Shown here in pieces: positions 1 through 9,943 of a DNA stretch of 31,239 bases. A program made the position numbers and the translations under genes. The notes beneath the pieces were generated by a model, which made no database searches, had not been told where the DNA came from, and was given only the letters and a program-made list of their open reading frames with translations. How positions within the stretch are numbered: position 1 is the stretch's first letter; each line of letters begins with the position of its first letter. Source of the stretch: Octopus sinensis (Eukaryota); assembly GCF_006345805.1 (NCBI RefSeq), contig NW_021834764.1:1-31239 (forward strand). The letters are read 5' to 3'.

Positions 1-1220
1 GAACTCCCTTATTAATAAGTAACCAAAGTGAAGAAATTGATGAGACAAAATAATTGAGAGGAAAAAAAAAAGACTACATGAAGAGATCTGAATGCAAATG
101 CAGAAATGCTGAAAAAAAAAAAAGATGTACTGTCCAAAATTGACCAAATAAGCTGAATTTTTCAATGTTTTGAAAATCTAACAGATTCTTGATGGCCAGG
201 AATTTCCACTTCTACAGAATAGAATATTTACTCCAATAAAATATTTTTATTGGACATAGGACCTTTTTCTTCTTTTTCTTTTTTTTTTTTCGTATGGGAG
301 TCATTATAGTTGAATGAATGAACAACTTGATTGAATGAATGAATGAAATGAACCCTAGTATATTATTGGGAGTTATTTTATTGACCCCTCTTAAAGTCTG
401 AAAGGCAAAGTCAACCCAAACTGGATTTCAATTGAGGATACAGAAAGAAGACATTAAACTGTATAAGGCATTTAGTTTAGGGATCTTCCATTTCTGCAAA
501 AAAACTAACTGCCTTTACCACCTCTACATCAACTACAGAAACGATAATAATGAATTCTTAAATAGGTAAGAGGAAAAAAATTTTGAGAGATGGGTGTAAT
601 CTATTAAACTGACCCCAGTACTAAACTGGTGTCTACACAAGCAATCTCTGAAGAATGGAAAATAAAGTCATTCTCAGTGAGATTTGAACACAAAAATATA
701 AAAGGACACAAATACTAAATAAGGCATTTAGTCTGTTACTCTACCAATTCTGCTATCCACTTCTTTTAGTAAAAGACAACAATTATAATAACTTTTTTTT
801 TGTAACATAGGCATTTAAGGGAGTAGAGTGATAGTTGATAGAGCTAACTCCAGTACTTGAATGGTAACTTTATTTAATTGAGCCCCAAAAATGATGAAAG
901 GCAAAATTAACTTTGGTGAGATTTGAGCTCAAAACATAAAGAGTACGAAAAAAGTACCGAAAGGCATTTTGTCTGATACTTTAATGATTCCATCAATCTA
1001 CCACCACCAGCAGAATAATAATAATAATGATGATGATGATGATTTCAAATTTTTGTCACAAAGGCAGCTTGGGAGATGGGATTAAGTTGATTACATCAAC
1101 CCCAGTGTGTAACTGGTACTTATTTAATCAATGCCAAAAGATGAAAGGCAAAGTTGACCTCAGTGGAATTTGAACTCAGAATGTAGCGGTGGGTAAAATA
1201 CTGCTAAGCGTTTTGCCCTG

Positions 1221-1480
1221 ACAACAAATATTCCTGTAGTAATAGATGCACTTGGCACAACACCCAAAATGCTACCTAAAAGATTGAAAGAAATTGGAAT
1301 TGAAACTCACATTGTTGACCTGCAGAAGAGTACCATCCTGTATTCTGCAAGAATCTTAAGAAACTTTCTTGAGATTTGAGGAGACTTGTTGTCACCCAAC
1401 CTCAAGATAAACTACCTGCTATCTAAATTAGCATGTACTAGCATAATGATGATGATGATGATAAATAAAAATAATAAATA
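1221..1480 (+). mobile_element. 5'-truncated 3' end of an R4/Dong-like (RLE-clade) non-LTR retrotransposon
   Basis: 1221-1379 translates without interruption as TTNIPVVIDALGTTPKMLPKRLKEIGIETHIVDLQKSTILYSARILRNFLEI*. This matches the C-terminal 'IPVVIGALG...LQK..LL..ARILR..L' signature of R4/Dong elements. A short 3' UTR and an (ATG/ATA)n tail follow. Confidence 0.8.
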
Positions 1481-1701
1481 ATCCTTCCTGCTATAGGCAC
1501 AAAGCCTGAAATTTTTTTTGGGGGGGGGAGGGGAGACAGTCGATTTGATTGACCTCAGAACACAACTGGTACTTAATTTATCGACCTTGAAAGGATGAAA
1601 GGCAAAGTCAACCTCGGTGGAACTTGAGCAACATAAAGACAGACGAAATACCGCTAAGTATTTCACCCAGTGTGCTAACAATTCTGCCAGTTTGCCGCCT
1701 T
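1481..1701 (-). mobile_element. Best-preserved full-length SINE copy of the array
   Basis: Minus strand begins aaggcggcaaactggcagaattgttagcac (tRNA-like head), continues through the central domain and ends gtgcctatagcaggaagg followed by an ATT-rich tail. Confidence 0.85.
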
Positions 1702-2117
1702 AATAAAAATAATAAATAATAATAATATAGTTTTAATCTAACTTGGATATATAGTTTTAATCTAACTTGGGGAAAAGAAGATTAGTCGGTTTTCAATAAA
1801 CCCTGCACTTCACTGATACTTTATTTTATCAACTGCAAAAGGATTAACTCAGAAAATAAAAGTGCCAGAACAAATAATGCAAAGCATTTGTTCTGAGTTT
1901 CTTTCAATTTTGCCATCGACTACATTCACAAATACAAAAAAAAAATTCTTTCAAATTTTGGCACAAAGCCAGGAATTTTAAGGGGAGGAGGTTAGTCTCA
2001 ATTGCATCAACATTAATACTTGACCGATATTTTGTTTTATTGATCTCAAAAAGATAAAAGGCAGAGTTGACTTTGGTAGGATTTGACTTAGAAGAGATGA
2101 TTCTGCATTTCATTGCC

Positions 2118-2135
2118 TTAATAATAATAATAATA

Positions 2136-2174
<39 letters not shown>
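2118..2174. repeat. (TAA)n microsatellite
   Basis: Seen directly; it is the tail of the adjacent SINE copy. Confidence 0.95.
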
Positions 2175-2176
<2 letters not shown>

Positions 2177-2378
2177 GTTTCTAATTTTGACACATGCCAG
2201 CAATTTTGAAAAGGGGAGTGATTACAATGACCCCAGTGCGCAAACTGGTACTCATTTCATTGACCTCTAAAGATGAAAAGCAAAGTTAACCTTGGTGGCA
2301 TTTGAACTCAATATAAAGAGCCAGAGGAAAAGCTACCAAGCATTTTGCCCAGTATGCTAATGATTTTACCAGCTTAAC

Positions 2379-2410
<32 letters not shown>

Positions 2411-3195
2411 TGATTTCTTTTATTGGGCACAAGGCCCAAGACATGGAGGACAATATCAAAGGCTAAGATAATAATAATTATCATTTCTATTCAGGTACAA
2501 GGCCAGCAATTTTTGAGGAGATGGATAATCAATGCCATCAACCCTTGTACTTGATTGATACTTTATTTCATTGACCTGAGAGAGGTTGAAATGCAAAGTT
2601 GATCTAGCAGAACTTAAACTCAGAGCATAAAGGGCCGGAACAAGTATTGCTAGGAAATAAATTTGTCAATTTGTTAAAAAAAAAAAAAGAAAAAGTTTGA
2701 AGTCGATTTGGACATAAGAGGAAAATGAAAACTGTTCAATAAAGAAGGGAGACAAGGAGTTTCTGCACTAGGAGTGTAAGTGCTAAGGTAAAAAATAAAT
2801 CTGGCATCTGGCAGTCTTTATATAAGGACTTGTGTATTTGTGTCAATAAATACACGTGCTTTTGTGTGTGTGTGTGTTTATGCACACACGCACGCACATG
2901 CAGATGGTAATGTTTCGCACCACATAGCAAAAAAATGTTAAACCCATATTTTTCAAATGTAGGAAAATGAAATTAGAATAGAAGGCATTATAAACCTCTA
3001 AATTTGGGAATGATTGATCAATTTTGACTATGTACTAATTGAAACAGAGAGAATATGCATGTGTGTGTGTGTGTGTGTATGCAGAGAGATGGGGAATATT
3101 ATGTGTATGCATGTGTTTATAAACATATAGACAGTCAGCCACATGTGTATGTGCATCTACATTCATGTATGCATACAATATATACACACATACAC

Positions 3196-3233
<38 letters not shown>

Positions 3234-3497
3234 TACAGAGGTATTTATATAGATAGGTAGAAAAAGAGGCATCAACATGGTTTATGTAAAGAGGAAGGGG
3301 GGCACTTTGAAAAAAATTGCATTATTTAGTGCATACACCACCAGTAAATATGCAGTTTGTAAATAACAAGTAAAAAGAAATCCTTTTAATCTTAAATAAA
3401 ATTTAGTTTTCGCAGTGAAATTCAAAGCAATTAACCATCACCTTAACCTCCTTTTCTTTTGTTTTTTTAAATTTTTATTTATTTATTTTTCCTTTAG

Positions 3498-3682
3498 TGC
3501 AATAATAATTTCATATTATGGAAGTTTCGTTGTTTGATAATGATTTCTCAGTACGAGAACAATAAACTTAGAAGGCACTTTTCTCCCGTGAAGTACCAAT
3601 TCTCAGTAATTACACCAAGAACATATAAAACACTGGCTGAATTCCAAACGCTGTTCACGGATACTGATGGCAAAGTGCTATG
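3498..3682 (+). other. Candidate internal exon (185 bp), product unknown
   Basis: Pyrimidine tract plus AG acceptor (tttatttttcctttag|) and consensus donor (tg|gtgagt). One frame is open from acceptor to donor: CNNNFILWKFRCLIMISQYENNKLRRHFSPVKYQFSVITPRTYKTLAEFQTLFTDTDGKVL. No domain recognised and no partner exons found. Confidence 0.25.
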
Positions 3683-3967
3683 GTGAGTTGAAACAAAAGG
3701 GTTCCGCTTCTAAAGTATCCCCGTCGGATAACGCAACTCGAAAATACATTTCATGTTTTTATTACGGACACGTACAGAAGTTATATCCAGCAATTAAATT
3801 ATTATAAAGTCAGAGTTAATTATAAATTTCGTTTTTTAAATAATATTTCTAATCTCTATTTTTAAATTTAATAAAATGTACAGACAAAATCTAATTTGTT
3901 TTTATGAAATCCTGCTTTCAAAGTGATGACTTCTGGCGAGAGGGGAAGTTGATAATGCAAAGCCAAG

Positions 3968-4190
3968 TGAAGCACTACGTCTAATCCATCTGTTTGGCAA
4001 AATAACAGGATAGTAGTCTCTTACATTCAAATGATTATGTGGTGGTGCCTCATCTTCATCAAAATAAACTCGATATCTTCAAAGACTTCTTGAAATGAGA
4101 GGCATGACATATTACCGGATTATCGCTGTATACTCGAGTAGATAGGACCACTCAAATTACTGTTACATAAGAATAGTCCAATAAATCCTT
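3968..4190 (-). pseudogene. Degenerate Tc1/mariner-superfamily transposase fragment
   Basis: Minus-strand peptides GFIGLFLCNSNLSGPIY and FDEDEAPPHNHLNVRDYYPVILPNRWIRRS resemble the 'IGPFFF...V.G..Y' and 'FQQDGAPPH....VR.YL...P.RWIGR' motifs around the second catalytic Asp. Frameshifted; no TIRs seen. Confidence 0.65.
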
Positions 4191-4209
4191 ATGGTTATCA
4201 GCGACATCA

Positions 4210-4275
4210 TACTGTAACATACCAGCACTGTCTATCAAGGCATGGCAGTGGGAGAAAACACACACTCACACACAC
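4210..4275 (-). mobile_element. Short internal fragment of the CORE-type SINE family
   Basis: gtaacataccagcactgtctatcaaggcatggcagtgggagaaaacacacac resembles gtaaacacatcaccattggttgtcaagcgatattggggggacagacgcac at 7400-7450. Confidence 0.45.
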
Positions 4276-4640
4276 AAACATGGATACATAAGCGTACACA
4301 CACGCGCGCATACATATACAGACATACATACATACACACACATGCATATATATATATACATAAATATATATATATATATAGAGAGAGAGAGATAGAGAGA
4401 GAGGGGGATATATGTATATATACGTACATATACACATATAAAATCAAGATAAGTTACAGGATGTCAAGTATTAGTGCAATACAACCGTTTCAAGCAGCTC
4501 CATTTAAGTGAACAGTGGAGCCATTAGATCAATTTAAATGCAGTCCCATCGTCTGTTTCAAGAAATGTGGATTTTCAACAAAGCAGATATATTAATTAAA
4601 TTTTTCGCATATGTATACGACGTGCTTTTTACAGTTTCCG

Positions 4641-5652
4641 TCTTGCTCTCTCTGCCCTTCTCTATACTTCGGGCAGACGGGACACCGCTTGGCTGACCGT
4701 TTCGCGGAAACCCTCTGAGACATCCGACTTGGCAATGATACCCCGTCTCGCGCCATTACCGCTCTACCGGACACTCTATGCAACACCTGTCTGCGTTCGG
4801 ATTGTCCTTGCACAGGGGCCATCTGGACTTCTGTTTGCGCCGTGAACAGGGATTAATCTTCACTCTTCGCTCCTTTGCGTCACATGGTGTCAACTCTCCT
4901 CTCCTCTTCATCTAACCCTGCTTCCCTCTTCATCTAACCATCCTCCTCTCGCCTATCTCCCTCTCACACCTACTTCCTCCACCCACCTCTCCTCTCTTGC
5001 TTCGACTGCTGCTTCTCTTCACTCCTACTCTCCTTCTCTCTTCCCATCAGTCCTACCCACCTTCTCCCTTTCCCTTCTCCGGTTATCGTCACTTTTCGCT
5101 CGTAACCCCACCTCCGCTCCAACCCAACCCTACACAATCGAGCCCAACCATCCCATTCCACCCCATCCCTTCCACCCACTCTCTCTTACCCCGCCTCTAC
5201 CCCGATCCTCAGCCTAACCCACCACCACTCTTGTTTTCCCCAAACTCGCCTCCTCCACGTCACAGCACCATCACCCTCACCACACACCACCATACTATAC
5301 ACCACCATACCACAGAACACCACATCACATCACATCACACCACCACGCACACACTAGCACTGACCACATCCCACCCCCACACCATCAACCACACAGCTAC
5401 ACACACACAAGCAAGGTCAACAGCCCTGACCCACATGCACATACATGCTCTCTTATACACCAGCACGCGCACATCGTTTTGGGAACACAAATACTTTATT
5501 ATTTCCCCTTCTTCCTTGCTCTCCTATGTGATCCCTACACATTCTTATTTTCTCTCCTTGTTTCTTTCTGTATTCCTTTCTGTGGAAGATCGTAGGCTCA
5601 AAACGTCAGACTTTTTCACTTCCGAGCTTTAAACTAATATATCTGTTGGTTG
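4641..5652 (+). mobile_element. Penelope-like element 3' relic: GIY-YIG endonuclease C-terminal half, C-rich 3' region and pLTR fragment
   Basis: 4641-4900 translates SCSLCPSLYFGQTGHRLADRFAETL*DIRLGNDTP/(fs)SRHYRSTGHSMQHLSAFGLSLHRGHLDFCLRREQGLIFTLRSFASHGVN, matching the PLE GIY-YIG pattern CxxC..YIGQT.R.L..RF.EH...HF....H...EQ.LI..L....P.GLN. It ends in the pLTR-like repeat at ~5548-5652. Confidence 0.85.
5575..5612 (+). ncRNA. Degenerate variant hammerhead-like motif in pLTR
   Basis: CTGTGGAA-GATC-GTAG-GCTC-AAAA-CGTC. Same layout as the 25407 and 25619 copies, but stem II and GAAA are mutated. Confidence 0.4.
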
Positions 5653-5989
5653 ACTACGGTACATATTTCATTTCAATTGTCCTGGATTCAGCGAAGACAA
5701 CATAAATTTTATTGAATTAATAAACGGAGTCATTGCAAGTTGTACACCTTTGCACTTACAAACTTTCATTCTATGATATTATATGTGGGAATCAAGATAA
5801 ATCAAATACTGAGTTAAAATACATGCGTGCGCGCCCACACATACATGCACCAACACACAGAGTCTAACACAGGCTTAAAGTGCCTCCAAGTAAAAAGGAG
5901 ACTGAAATGTAGACAGCTAATAAAATTCAATTCGTTATTTTCTTCGAAGAGTCTATGTAGACACATTCATATGTAGACACATTCATATG

Positions 5990-5993
5990 TATG

Positions 5994-6027
<34 letters not shown>

Positions 6028-6366
6028 TGTATGTATGTATGTATGTATGTATGTATGCATATATGTATCTATGTATGTATATATTTATGTATATATTATA
6101 TGAGTGGTTTTATGTATGAATATATATAGAATATGTATATATATATATATATAAATATATATATTCATACATAAATATATATGTATGCACATAGATATAT
6201 ATATATGTATATATAAATATACACAAATACATAGATACATATATATACACATATAGATGCACATCTTCCTCACTCTCTCTCTCTCTGAATACATATATAT
6301 ATATATATATAGTTAAATGTATATATATGTGTGTATATATATACATATATATACGTAAATATATAG

Positions 6367-6400
<34 letters not shown>
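5990..6400. repeat. (TATG)n and compound (TA)n low-complexity tract
   Basis: Seen directly. Confidence 0.95.
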
Positions 6401-6401
<1 letters not shown>

Positions 6402-6402
<1 letters not shown>

Positions 6403-6785
6403 TAGCAGTATCGCCCGGCGTTGCTCAGGTTTGTAAGGTAAATAACATATAAAGCATTTTAGAGAGTTATAGCCAAAAATAGCAAAAAAATGGGAAAAAA
6501 ATTATGGTAAACTTTTTTTTGAGAGTTAAAAAAGGTGGAGATGCGTCCCCTAGAGGTCTGTGGTTTGGGTTTCTGATTCTCGACCCATGTCGAATTTATC
6601 GATTTTTTCAGAACTGGGGGAACTTTTCAAAATTTTCGCTGCGTTAGTTTTGAATTATGACATTGGGCTATGTGTGTGTCAAGTTTCATCAGAATCGGGT
6701 GAAAGCCGTGGTCAGATGAGTGAGGGTACGAGGAAACAGACACACAGAAAACGCACAGACAAACTGCCGTTTATATAGAGAGAGA
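6402..6785 (-). mobile_element. Non-autonomous Helitron (~384 bp)
   Basis: Minus strand starts A|TC (tctctctctatataaacggcagtttgtctgtg) and ends CTAG|T. An imperfect GC-rich subterminal hairpin (cctgagcaacgccggg) lies ~12 nt before the end. It is inserted at an A/T junction in a TA tract with no TSD. Confidence 0.8.
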
Positions 6786-7261
6786 TATGTATATATATAT
6801 ATATATGTACACATGCATATAAACATACATTCATACATATATGAGATTGCTCGAATAATTATGATGCGACGTATAAGGTCTTATTGACAATTCTTGGCTT
6901 TAAACCTTCCGCTTTGCTAAACATAAATAATGATCACTTCAAAAAACGTTAGGATGACTAGTGCAACATCCATGTATTTGAGAATCTGTTGTTTACATAG
7001 AGAATCACACACCGACACGTGCTCACACGACCTCACACGCACAACCACATGTTGTCACAGACGTACATAGCAAGAATCACATGCAAGTAGTTAGAGAGTT
7101 ACACTTATATGCTTATGTGTTTAGCAATAAGTATGTCAGAAAGTCTGCGTGTGTGATACAAACTTTTGGTTTCCTGAAAGTAGACGCAAATTCTTCCGCA
7201 TTCATATACAGCCAAGCACATTCATATACACATTCATGCATACATACATATTTCTCATTTA

Positions 7262-7643
7262 TTCTCTTTTACTTGTTTCAGTAATTTGACTGCGGGCATT
7301 TTGGAACACCGCGTTTAGTCGGGTAAACCGACCTCATGACTTCGTCTTTGGAAGCCTATTCTATCGTGTTCTTTCGCCGAACCGCTAAGTTACGTGGACG
7401 TAAACACATCACCATTGGTTGTCAAGCGATATTGGGGGGACAGACGCACAAACATATACACACATATACATATCTTTATGCATATATACGACGGGCTTCT
7501 TTTAGTTTCCGTCAACCAAATCAAGGCTTTGGTCGCCCCGAGGCTATAGCAGAAGACACTTTCCCAAGGTACCACGCAGTGGGAATGAACCTGGAAGCAT
7601 GTGGAGGATAATCAATCTACTTACCACACAGCCACTCCTGCGC
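7262..7643 (-). mobile_element. tRNA-derived CORE-type SINE (octopus OR-like)
   Basis: Reverse complement of the 20622-21092 copy: head gcgcaggagtggctgtgtggtaag, CORE-like ccttgggaaagtgtcttct, internal microsatellite, tail tgaaacaagtaaaagag. Confidence 0.85.
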
Positions 7644-7786
7644 ATATATAATATATATGTATATGTATCTAATATTATATATATATATATACTATATATA
7701 TATATGAGGATAAGATCGTTTTCTAAAATACCGATCATATCAGGTAGCTGGCATGGGAATAAAAACCTCATTGGTAAAATTCTTTT

Positions 7787-8085
7787 ATTAAAATTATAAT
7801 AAGGGTATCCAAAAGATACCATCATGCTAGATATAGCAGCAAAAACCCGACTCTAAAACAACACTAAATGTTCATAGATCAGGAGTAGAAACAATGAAAC
7901 AAAATATGCTATCAAAAAAATTATTGGATAATTGTATAATTTCCAATAATTTTTGCTAGTTTATTTTGTCTCTCTGTCTTCTCTCCTGGTGCTGTATGAA
8001 CATTTAATGCGGTTATAGCGTCAAGTTTTGCCTGCTCTATCAAGAATGGTGGTATCTTTTGGATACCCTTAATTATAATTTTAAT
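7787..8085. repeat. ~300 bp imperfect palindrome (fold-back/MITE-like)
   Basis: Left arm attaaaattataataagggtatccaaaagataccatc pairs with right arm gtggtatcttttggatacccttaattataattttaat. Similarity continues inward to a centre near 7935. Confidence 0.85.
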
Positions 8086-8221
8086 TATATATATATGTAT
8101 ATATATATATATGTATGTACGTATGTATGTATGTATGTATGTATCTCTCTATCTAACTATATCTATATATATAATAACATAAACAATATATAAACATATG
8201 TATATATACATAGGTATATGT

Positions 8222-8479
8222 ACATACCTACGTCTATATGTATATATACATGCATATATGAGTACAGAACACTCGAAACACGGAGTAGACGAAACAGGGA
8301 CAACTGCAGAAGGGAAATATTCCTTGTGTAGTATGTGTTGTACTCTGTTTTTTTGTTGCTTGAAAAAAGTTCGTTTCCATGTTTTTGTTTTTACTTTTTT
8401 CCTTTCTCATTGTGTTCAACGGTTTTTGGTGTCCTGTACCCATATATGCATGTATATATACATATAGATGTAGGTTTGT
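8222..8479. mobile_element. MITE-like element with ~50 bp terminal inverted repeats
   Basis: acatacctacgtctatatgtatatatacatgcatatatgagtacagaacac (8222-8272) pairs with gtgtcctgtacccatatatgcatgtatatatacatatagatgtaggtttgt (8429-8479). The interior is non-coding. Confidence 0.7.
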
Positions 8480-8569
8480 TCTAATATGTATGTATATATG
8501 CATATGTTTATATATTATTTATGTTATTATATGATCGAACGCCACGCATCCATTTCCAAGTAAGTTGTA

Positions 8570-8608
<39 letters not shown>

Positions 8609-8618
8609 GTCTATCTAT

Positions 8619-8708
<90 letters not shown>
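8570..8708. repeat. Compound (CT)n(CTAT)n(AT)n microsatellite
   Basis: Seen directly. Confidence 0.95.
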
Positions 8709-8709
<1 letters not shown>

Positions 8710-8712
<3 letters not shown>

Positions 8713-9762
8713 AACTAAAATTGGAAAATACACACATTTTACATAGTTTTAAAATATTATGATTTACTGATTTGAATATGTATTTTCTGAAGACGAAATG
8801 TTTGTCCATGTTGTGTATGATGATTCCACAAGTAGAAAATAAGGGGAGGTAATTGGTTGTCGTTATTATTGTTGTTGTTTTGGGCAAGGGAGATGAGGCA
8901 AAATTTTTCTTAACTTAATTGAGACCCAAAAATGAAAGACATCCTGAAAATGCACAAACTCACCAAATGCAAAAATGTTGAGCTTTACAAAGCAACCAAG
9001 ACACCAATGGTAAAAAAATGTGGACGTCCAAACTGTCGAACCTGACCCAACTTACTTGAAGGCTCGCATTTCCTTTTCAAACAAGGACAGAGATTCACAA
9101 TTAAAGCTAGTTTCAATTGTGCCCCTGAGAACCTAATTTATGTAATAAGCTGCTCGGGTTGCGGATAAAAACTTTATTGGACACACGAGTATGACCTTGA
9201 GAAGGAGAACCACTCTACACAAAGCGTAAATCCGTTTCTCGCAATACAGGCAAATTCCTCTCACTGAACATATAGAAATATTTGCCGAAAACATCAAACC
9301 AAATTTCAGTCTTCCACTTCTACCAGTGTAAAGACACAATCTCTCCACAAGAACGTTTAAATAAAGAAACTTTTTTCTTTGAAAAGTACAGAACATGTCT
9401 TAATATGCACGCATAACCAACTTTTATCTGTTTACATATTTCAATTCACGATTACATCACTATACATAAACCCCCTCACTAAAAAAGATTTTCGAAACCT
9501 TTTTTTTGTGTGTGTGTACATATATATTCCCTTCTCCTTATCGAAAGCGGAACACTTATCTCCCTTGCCCACAACAACAACAATAATAACGATAACCAAT
9601 TACCTCCCCTTATTTTTCTACTTGTGAAGTCATTCACTCGTAAATATCATCAGAAACACAACATGGACAAAAATTATTTTCTTATAGCAAAAGCGAAACC
9701 GTTCTATATATTAAAAATATTAAAACTATGTAAACTGTGTGTATTTTTCTTTTTTTTATTTC
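8710..9762 (+). mobile_element. 5'-truncated Penelope-like element (Cys-rich linker + GIY-YIG) bracketed by inverted copies of its 3' end
   Basis: ~9007-9380 translates MVKKCGRPNCRT*PNLLEGSHFLFKQGQRFTIKASFNCAPENLIYVISCSGCG/(fs)FIGHTSMTLRRRTTLHKA*IRFSQYRQIPLTEHIE...ERLNKE. 8710-8897 is an inverted copy of 9553-9762, as typical of PLE inverted pLTR insertions. Both sides are flanked by (TA)n. Confidence 0.85.
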
Positions 9763-9826
9763 TTATATATATATATGTTACAACTCACCACGTGGGGATG
9801 ATCGAAATTCCTCCTTTTCTGTTCCT

Positions 9827-9842
9827 ACTACTACTTCTACTA

Positions 9843-9898
<56 letters not shown>

Positions 9899-9909
9899 TA
9901 CTACTACTG

Positions 9910-9942
<33 letters not shown>

Positions 9943-9943
9943 T
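9827..9943. repeat. (CTA)n microsatellite
   Basis: Seen directly. Confidence 0.95.

Larger units (their letters stand above)
345..2652 (-). mobile_element. Array of ~9 same-orientation tRNA-derived SINE copies (Meta-domain-like central region) separated by (TAA)n/(TGA)n tracts
   Basis: The block 'ccccagt..aactggtacttatttaatcgacc..aaaggatgaaaggcaaagtcaacctcggtggaatttgaactca' recurs at approx 345-515, 560-765, 800-1005, 1040-1220, 1480-1701, 1765-1900, 1945-2119, 2175-2376 and 2480-2652. On the minus strand the head has A-box-like TGGCAGAATTG and B-box-like GAGTTCAAATTCC, and the tail is (ATT)n. The Meta-domain label is from memory of the 'cctttcatcctttc..ggtcgataaa..agtacc' motif. Confidence 0.85.

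Noticed and set aside
1725-1770. Short tandem duplication atatagttttaatctaacttgg x2 (similar 16-bp duplication at ~5955-5990)
   Set aside because: Ordinary slippage duplications with no evidence of function.
345-2652. Regularly recurring repeats suggesting a CRISPR array or satellite
   Set aside because: Units are ~200-bp diverged SINEs with Pol III heads. There is no repeat-spacer structure, no cas genes, and the context is eukaryotic.
4997-5632. 211-aa Pro/His/Thr-rich ORF
   Set aside because: It is a translation of the C-rich low-complexity 3' region and pLTR of the PLE relic; non-ATG start and no domain.
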